The translations under genes and the position numbers were made by a program. A DNA stretch of 64,000 nt from Myxococcales bacterium (GTDB taxonomy: Bacteria; Myxococcota_A; UBA9042; JABWCM01; BTVJ01). The notes beneath the pieces are model-generated. The model saw only the letters and a list, made by a program, of their open reading frames with translations, searched no databases and was not told where the DNA came from. This document shows, one piece after another, positions 58,434-64,000 of this stretch; position 1 is the stretch's first letter; every line of letters starts with the position of its first letter. The stretch spans positions 31,288 to 95,287 of the forward strand of contig BTVJ01000026.1 of the NCBI GenBank assembly GCA_045863395.1, given 5' to 3'.

Positions 58434-59546
58434 ATGGCCTATACCCAAGCTGCTCCGCCGTCCTTCGAGGACTCGAAGACCCGCCGCCAGAAGGTGCGGG
58501 CCGCCGGTCTCCACCCGGACTACTGGTACCCCGTGGAGTGGGACCGGAACGTCGCGAGGGGGCAGGTGACGCAGGTGACGTTCTGGAGGCGCGCCTTCGC
58601 GCTGTTTCGCGGCGAGGACGGGCTCCTGCGCGCCATCGAGGACCGCTGCGTCCATCGCCAGCTCAAGCTGTCCATCGGCAAGGTGCAGGGCAACGAGCTG
58701 GTCTGCGCCTACCACGGCTGGGTCTACAACGGCGACGGCGCGCTGACCTGCGTCAAGCACGACCTCTTCGGGAAGCCCCTGCCCAGCTACAAGATCGAGA
58801 GTCTCCCCGTGCGGGTGCGCTACGGGCTGATCTGGATCTTCCCCGGAGACCCGGAGCTGGCCAGCAAGCGCCACATCCCCGACATCCCCGAGCTGGAGGG
58901 CCCCGACCGCTGGGGCTGCGCGCCCGCGGACTTCACGTGGAAGGCGCACCACTCGATGGTGATCGACAATGTGAGCGACTTCACCCACGCCTGGCTCCAC
59001 CGGAAGTACCGCCCCTTCGACGACGCGAAGCTCACGCGCCTGGAGACGGTCGGAGACAACGTCCACGTCTCCTACGACACCCAGGTCGGCCGGGGGCGCA
59101 TCAGCGGGCTGTTCGTAGACCGGAAGGCGGTCAACACCAACGCCATGGATCTCTGCTACGAGTATCCGTACCAGTGGTCCGACACGGACGGCAAGATCAA
59201 GCACTGGCTCTTCGTGCTGCCCATCGACGAGCGCACGACGCGCGCGTTCTTCCTGTTCTACTTCAAGGGCTTCAAGATCCCGTTCCTGCCGCTCTCCCTC
59301 CCCAAGTCCCTGATGACTCCGCTGCTGGCGGTGGCGAGCCACACCCTGGTCAAGCCGCTGCTGTCCGAGGACGGCGTCGCGGTGCAGGCGGAGCAGGAGG
59401 GCTGGGAGGCCCACTGGGACGAGACTGCCGCGGAGATCAACCCGTGCATCCGCCAGTTCCAGAACGTGACCATCCGCAAGTGGGAGGAGCACCTGGCGCA
59501 GAAGGCGGCCACCTCCCGGACGGCGCGGAGGATCGACGCGGCCTGA
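58434..59546 (+). CDS. sdmA: Rieske non-heme iron oxygenase, SdmA-like sterol C-4 methyl oxidase
   Basis: CVH...CAYH Rieske motif and DFTHAWLH mononuclear iron site; sterol-cluster context. Confidence 0.75.
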   Translation: MAYTQAAPPSFEDSKTRRQKVRAAGLHPDYWYPVEWDRNVARGQVTQVTFWRRAFALFRGEDGLLRAIEDRCVHRQLKLSIGKVQGNELVCAYHGWVYNGDGALTCVKHDLFGKPLPSYKIESLPVRVRYGLIWIFPGDPELASKRHIPDIPELEGPDRWGCAPADFTWKAHHSMVIDNVSDFTHAWLHRKYRPFDDAKLTRLETVGDNVHVSYDTQVGRGRISGLFVDRKAVNTNAMDLCYEYPYQWSDTDGKIKHWLFVLPIDERTTRAFFLFYFKGFKIPFLPLSLPKSLMTPLLAVASHTLVKPLLSEDGVAVQAEQEGWEAHWDETAAEINPCIRQFQNVTIRKWEEHLAQKAATSRTARRIDAA

Positions 59547-59564
59547 GCTGCGCCCGCGGTGCCT

Positions 59565-61169
59565 CTACAGCCAGCTCGACAGCTCCTTCCGTCGCAGCTC
59601 GATGAACTCGATCAGGTTGGACCCGCCGGCCCCGTCTGGCGCGATGGCGGCACCGTAGGCGCCCTTGTCCTGGATGTTGGGGTCGCCGCCCACGAGAGTG
59701 CCGATCAGCCCGTCGAGCTCCCCGATCCACGCAGCGTGGGCCTCGACGGTGAAGTGCTCGTCGACCGCCTCTTTCAGGTAGGCCACGTACTGTGCCTGGT
59801 AGGCGGGGACGGCCAGGATGCGCTGGACCAGCGGGCGCGCCCCGGGGCCCCAGCAGTCGGGCTTCGTCGGGTCCTGGGAGCACAGCGGCCCCTCGTAGGT
59901 CAGGTCCAGGTCCCAGGGCAGCATCATGAGCTTGCCCGTGTCAGGCCGGTGGTAGAGATAGTAGTTGTGGCCCTTGCCGAAGTAGCTGTCCCAGTTGCCG
60001 ATGATCATGGCCACCGCGGTCAGGCGAAGAAACGAGTCCACGTCGAAGATCGCCTCGATGGCCGCCGGGAAGGCCTCGTCGGGCGTGTGCGCCAGGACGT
60101 CCATGAGCGCGATGACGTCGCCGTAATCGTTGAGCGCCGGGTCGTCCTCGTTGGTCTTGAGCAGGAGCCCGCAGATCGCGTACCCGGCCGCGCAGCCCTC
60201 GGTCTGGATGTAGTCCTCCTTTGAGGGGCCCCGCCACTGCAGCGAACAGATGTCCTGGCTGTTGTGCAGGCACTTGTAGAGGTTGCCGTCGTCGGCGTGG
60301 CCCGCGGTGCCGAATCGCTCCTTGAGGTAGCGCTTGTCGATGACCTGGACCATCGTGTAGAGGCCGACGTAGCTCCCGTCGATGGTGACCCCGGCGTAGG
60401 CCGAGCGGCTCGCCGGGACCCCCATGGCCTCGTACATGCGCTCCGCGAGGCGCTCCCGCATCAGGCTCGGGTCGCTCACGTTGATGGACAGGTTCACCTC
60501 GTCCACCTCGTGGAAGCGGGGGCCGCCGAAGGTGTTGAAGTCCATCTTCAGTGGGTACTTGCCGCCGAGCGGGATCGGGCCCTCCGCGGGGACGTTCAGG
60601 GAGTTCAGGCCCTTGAGGCGCACCCCGATGACGTCCAGCGACTCGTCGTCGAAGCCGAAGGCGGCCGGGTACTCGACCTTGAGCTGCGACTGCTGCCAGG
60701 TGGTGAGCAGCTTGAGCCAGCCGCCGTCCGGGAAGTCGAGCTTCAGCGCGACGACGTGGTCCTGCGGGAAGACGTGGTCGAAGGCCTCCTTCCACGGGTC
60801 CTCGCCCGCGCCGGTGTCGCCGGGGGGCGACGCGTCGGTGGTCGCGTCCGTCGTGTCTGTCGCGTCTGCCGTGCCCGTCGTGTCGGTCGTGTCCGTCGCG
60901 TCCGTCGCGTCCGTTGCGTCCGTCGTGTCGTCGCCCTGCCCGTCGTCCTGCGTGGTGTCCTCCAGCGCGTCCCCCGCCGTTGTCCCGTCGAGCTCGCTCG
61001 CCCCGTCCGGTGCCCTGACGTCCCCCGAGTCGTCCCCGCCGGCGTCGCTCCCCCCGTCCGGCGGCCCCCCGTCCGCCGCGTCCGCTCCTTCTCCCACTGG
61101 CTCCGAGGCGGCACAACCGCCCATCCATAGGATCGCGCTCAGCAGGAGCGCGGTAGTTCTTCGCTTCAT
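59565..61169 (-). CDS. cotH: CotH-family atypical kinase lipoprotein with an Asp/Thr-rich stalk
   Basis: Lipobox MGGC; GVRLKG, K.PLKMDF, DPSLMRERLA, YVGLYT, NWDSY..HNYYLY and LPWDLD motifs. Confidence 0.88.
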   Translation of the reverse strand: MKRRTTALLLSAILWMGGCAASEPVGEGADAADGGPPDGGSDAGGDDSGDVRAPDGASELDGTTAGDALEDTTQDDGQGDDTTDATDATDATDTTDTTGTADATDTTDATTDASPPGDTGAGEDPWKEAFDHVFPQDHVVALKLDFPDGGWLKLLTTWQQSQLKVEYPAAFGFDDESLDVIGVRLKGLNSLNVPAEGPIPLGGKYPLKMDFNTFGGPRFHEVDEVNLSINVSDPSLMRERLAERMYEAMGVPASRSAYAGVTIDGSYVGLYTMVQVIDKRYLKERFGTAGHADDGNLYKCLHNSQDICSLQWRGPSKEDYIQTEGCAAGYAICGLLLKTNEDDPALNDYGDVIALMDVLAHTPDEAFPAAIEAIFDVDSFLRLTAVAMIIGNWDSYFGKGHNYYLYHRPDTGKLMMLPWDLDLTYEGPLCSQDPTKPDCWGPGARPLVQRILAVPAYQAQYVAYLKEAVDEHFTVEAHAAWIGELDGLIGTLVGGDPNIQDKGAYGAAIAPDGAGGSNLIEFIELRRKELSSWL

Positions 61170-61496
61170 CGTCTTTCCTCGTCAGGTCACTGCCGCCCCG
61201 TGCGGCCGCTCGACCGCCTGCATGGCGGATGCCAGCGCGTCGCCGCAATTCGGCGTGATCTTCAAGCGGCGATCTGTCGCGGTCGTTCCCTCGATGCGCA
61301 GAATCTTCACACACCGCGGCGTCGGGCGCTCGTGCTTGCCGCGACCCCAGAGACTCGTCCCGAGGGGACAACTCGCCCCGAAACAGTCCGGTTTCAAAGG
61401 GTCTGGGCGATCTTCAAGCACCCCGGATCCGCCCTTGTGCCCCCCCTGGGACGGCGCGACACTGCACCCGGGCCCCTCTACGCCCTGGAGGCAGAC

Positions 61497-62234
61497 ATGG
61501 CTCTCCCCCTTCGCTCCCGCGCCCTGCTTCGGACCTCCCGCGCCCTGCGCAAGCTGCGCTCCTTCCTGCTCCTCGGCATGCTCTCGCTCGCGCTGATGAT
61601 CGTCGAGCTGTTCACCGGCTGCGACACCACGGAGGAGGAGCCCTCGGTCTACTATGGCCCGCCGACGGCCGACGCCACCGACGCCACAGAGGGGGTGGAC
61701 GCCGTCTCCGATGTCCCGGAGCAATCGGACACGGGCCCCGTCGTCTACTACGGCCCCCAGCCGGTGGACGTGATCGGGGACGTTCCGCCCCAGTCGGACA
61801 CGGGCCCGGTGGTCTACTATGGTCCCCAGCCGGTGGACGCCCTCGACGACGTGCCGCAGCAGTCGGATACGGGCCCGGTGGTCTACTACGGTCCCCAGCC
61901 CGTGGACGCGCTCGACGACGTGCCGGAGCAGTCGGACACGGGCCCGGTGGTCTACTATGGTCCGCAGCCGGTGGACGCGCTCGACGACGTCCCGCAGAGC
62001 TCAGACGGTGGCCCGGTGGTCTACTACGGCCCTCAGCCGGTGGACGCCGCCGCGCCGGCCGACCTGGAGGACAAGGACTGCCCGCCCATCGCCTTCTACG
62101 GCCCGCCGCCCTGCACGTCCGACGAGGACTGCGTGGCGTGGTACGGTGCCGGCTGGTACTGCGACAAGGACAACACCTTCTCGGATGGATGCGGGGGCAC
62201 CATCAACTTCCCCATGTGTGAGCCACTACCGTGA
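61497..62234 (+). CDS. Repetitive lipoprotein with eight X-Tyr-Gly motifs, putative substrate of the adjacent radical SAM enzyme
   Basis: GGAGG RBS; signal peptide ending FTG-C42; SVYYGPP, five VVYYGPQP, AFYGPPP and AWYG; six-Cys C-terminal module. Confidence 0.85.
   Translation: MALPLRSRALLRTSRALRKLRSFLLLGMLSLALMIVELFTGCDTTEEEPSVYYGPPTADATDATEGVDAVSDVPEQSDTGPVVYYGPQPVDVIGDVPPQSDTGPVVYYGPQPVDALDDVPQQSDTGPVVYYGPQPVDALDDVPEQSDTGPVVYYGPQPVDALDDVPQSSDGGPVVYYGPQPVDAAAPADLEDKDCPPIAFYGPPPCTSDEDCVAWYGAGWYCDKDNTFSDGCGGTINFPMCEPLP
61710..62049 (+). repeat. 69-bp (23-aa) in-frame tandem repeat, five copies (DVPxQSDTGPVVYYGPQPVDALD)
   Basis: Read directly; the differences are mostly synonymous or outside the YYGP core. 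Confidence 0.93.
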
Positions 62235-63388
62235 CGACCGTCGTCGACCGCATCCGCACCCGCCTGGTCTGGGAGCGCCACGCCGCCCGCACCGACGAGC
62301 TGTGCGACACCCACCCCCTGCGCTACCTCTTCCTGGAGGTGACGCGCCGCTGCAACCTGGCGTGCCGGTACTGCGGCAGCTCCTGCACGGGCCGCTTGCC
62401 CCCCGACGAGATGGACGTCACCGAGTGGGTGGGGGTCGTCGAGCAGATCGCCCGGGACTTCGACCCCCGCCAGGTCATGATCGCCGTCACGGGCGGCGAG
62501 CCGCTCCTGAAAGAGGGCATCTTCGAGCTCTTCCGGGCGCTCCAGCGCCTCGGCTTCCGGTACGGCATGGTCAGCAACGGCCAGCTCCTCGACGCCACGA
62601 TGGCGCAGGACCTGGTCCGCTCGGGCATCCGGTCCATCTCGCTCAGCCTCGACGGGGTGCCGGAGGTAAACGACGCGCTGCGGGGCCGCGGGGCAGCAGC
62701 CAAGGTGGTCGCGGCGGTCGGGCACCTGAGAGACGCCAACTACCGGGGCAAGCTCGAGATCATCAGCACCATCACGCGCCCGGCCCTCGCCCGCCTGGAC
62801 GAGATGCGCCGCTTCGTCGCGTCGCTGCGGGTGCCGCTCTGGCGAGTGGCCCCGGTGATGCCCATCGGCCGCGCCGCGGAGAACCCGGAGCTCGTGCCGA
62901 CGGCCGACGACGTGCGGGCCCTTCTCGAATACGTGCGCGCGGCGCGCCGCGACAAGCTGATGCCGTCCCCGGAGTTCAGCGAGGAGGGCTTCCTCGGCAA
63001 CCGCTTCGAGGGCCACGTCCGCCCCTACCTGTGCCAGTGCCGCGCGGGCATCACCATCGCCGGCATCCGCCACGACGGCCGCATCGGCGCCTGCCCGGAG
63101 CTGCCCGCCGCCTTCGACCAGGGCCACGTCCGCACGGACCGCTTCAAGACAGTGTGGGACGAGCGCTACGAGGACCTGCGCGACCGCTCGTGGATGCGCA
63201 AGGGAGACTGCGACGGCTGCCCCCAGTTCAAGGTCTGCCGCGGCGGGTCGCTCCACCTCTACGAGAGCAAGGAGAGTCCATTCCTGCGCTGCCTCTACAA
63301 GCAGTGCAAGGAGTCGGAGGGGCGGCCCGTGGCGCTGGGCTGTGCCGGCGCGCAGGCCGGAAGCGTGGCACAGACTGTCGCGCGGTGA
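62231..63388 (+). CDS. Radical SAM/SPASM protein-modifying enzyme (rSAM-lipoprotein / splicease-like)
   Basis: HPLRYLFLEVTRRCNLACRYCGSSC (CxxxCxxC), TGGEPLL, SLSLDG; SPASM-like CRAG..DGRIGACP and CDGCPQFKVCRGG; GTG start overlaps the precursor stop (GTGA). Confidence 0.9.
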   Translation: MTTVVDRIRTRLVWERHAARTDELCDTHPLRYLFLEVTRRCNLACRYCGSSCTGRLPPDEMDVTEWVGVVEQIARDFDPRQVMIAVTGGEPLLKEGIFELFRALQRLGFRYGMVSNGQLLDATMAQDLVRSGIRSISLSLDGVPEVNDALRGRGAAAKVVAAVGHLRDANYRGKLEIISTITRPALARLDEMRRFVASLRVPLWRVAPVMPIGRAAENPELVPTADDVRALLEYVRAARRDKLMPSPEFSEEGFLGNRFEGHVRPYLCQCRAGITIAGIRHDGRIGACPELPAAFDQGHVRTDRFKTVWDERYEDLRDRSWMRKGDCDGCPQFKVCRGGSLHLYESKESPFLRCLYKQCKESEGRPVALGCAGAQAGSVAQTVAR

Positions 63389-63407
63389 GTCTCCCCCGGC
63401 GCGGCGC

Positions 63408-63660
63408 TCAGTCCTTCGGCCAGGCGGTCCAGCCGGTCGTCCAGTCGTCGGCGCCGACCGCCCCGACGTAGGTCGCCGTCTTGTCGAAGAAGCCGTCGTC
63501 CGGCGGGGTGGCGCCGCCGCCCCGGAGACCCGCTGGCGGGGGCGAAGGTGGGCGTCTCGTCGGATGCGCCGGTCAGCTTCGGGTCCACGAGCCGGTTCGA
63601 CGCGCTCGCGGCGGTGAAGTGAGCCTCGCTCGTCGGGTCGCAGACCACGGCGCCACTCAT
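63408..63660 (-). pseudogene. Frameshifted C-terminal remnant of a secreted or lipoprotein gene
   Basis: [36 protein letters not shown] in one frame, [18 protein letters not shown] in another; no intact 5' part. Confidence 0.55.
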
Positions 63661-63780
63661 CAGGGCCCTCAACGACCGTCCCACGGGAGTCTCGGGGGCC
63701 CCCAGTGGGACGAGACGCGGTGGCCTGGTGTGCAGGGATCCTGTTGACTCGACCAGCAACGGCGTGGTCTTGCGGCCACT

Positions 63781-64000
63781 GTGGAGGCGTGGCACGCCGC
63801 GCGCGGGGTCACGTGTCACGACGTCGTGCGGCAGGTGGTGGAGGTGCTGCACGGTTGGCTGTGCGCCCGCGCCGAGCGGCGGGTGGGGGACCGTTGCCAC
63901 CCCGGCTCCGTCGTGGTCATACCGCGAGCGGCCGACGCCGCGACGTTGATGGTTCACCTGCACATCCTCGCGCCCGACGGGGCCTACGCGGAGAGCCCGG
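63781..64000 (+). mobile_element. Degenerate IS91/ISCR-like rolling-circle transposase fragment (runs off the right edge)
   Basis: HPGSVVVIPRAADAATLMVHLHILAPDGAY resembles the IS91-family G.V..IQR.G..LN..VH.H.L..DGVY HUH region; in-frame stop at 63745-63747. Confidence 0.5.

Noticed and set aside
61710..62049. Regular repeats as a possible CRISPR array
   Set aside because: The units are in-frame 69-bp coding repeats without unique spacers, and no cas genes are in the window.
1..64000. tRNA, rRNA, prophage or integrase genes
   Set aside because: None recognised by eye; a tRNAscan or Rfam search would be needed to exclude small RNAs.

Overview
This is a high-GC bacterial window that looks like Myxococcota/Deltaproteobacteria (MYXO-CTERM protein, many Cys-rich lipoproteins, myxobacterial-style T2SS genes). 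From left to right it holds: the distal gspJKLMN type II secretion operon; lipoproteins, a CorC/CNNM protein, and lgt and lspA genes that both carry unusual insertions; housekeeping genes (manC, phosphohexomutase, yvcK, a eukaryote-like citrate synthase, a DAHP synthase); a secreted 5'-nucleotidase operon and a matrixin-like protease; a short TGACCCC tandem repeat, then a ~14 kb signalling block with a Wsp/ACF-like chemosensory operon and hybrid kinases; a second DAHP synthase; a compact sterol biosynthesis cluster (CYP51, ERG24-type reductase, a non-canonical oxidosqualene cyclase, SdmB- and SdmA-like genes); a CotH-type kinase lipoprotein; and a two-gene system at 61.5-63.4 kb. That system is the best candidate for something new. 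It pairs a predicted lipoprotein carrying eight X-Tyr-Gly motifs (five in a 23-aa tandem repeat) with a translationally coupled radical SAM/SPASM enzyme, which suggests a membrane-anchored, multi-site post-translationally modified (splicease-like) protein. The window ends with a gene remnant and a degenerate IS91-like fragment. All calls come from motif recognition by eye; no database searches were run.
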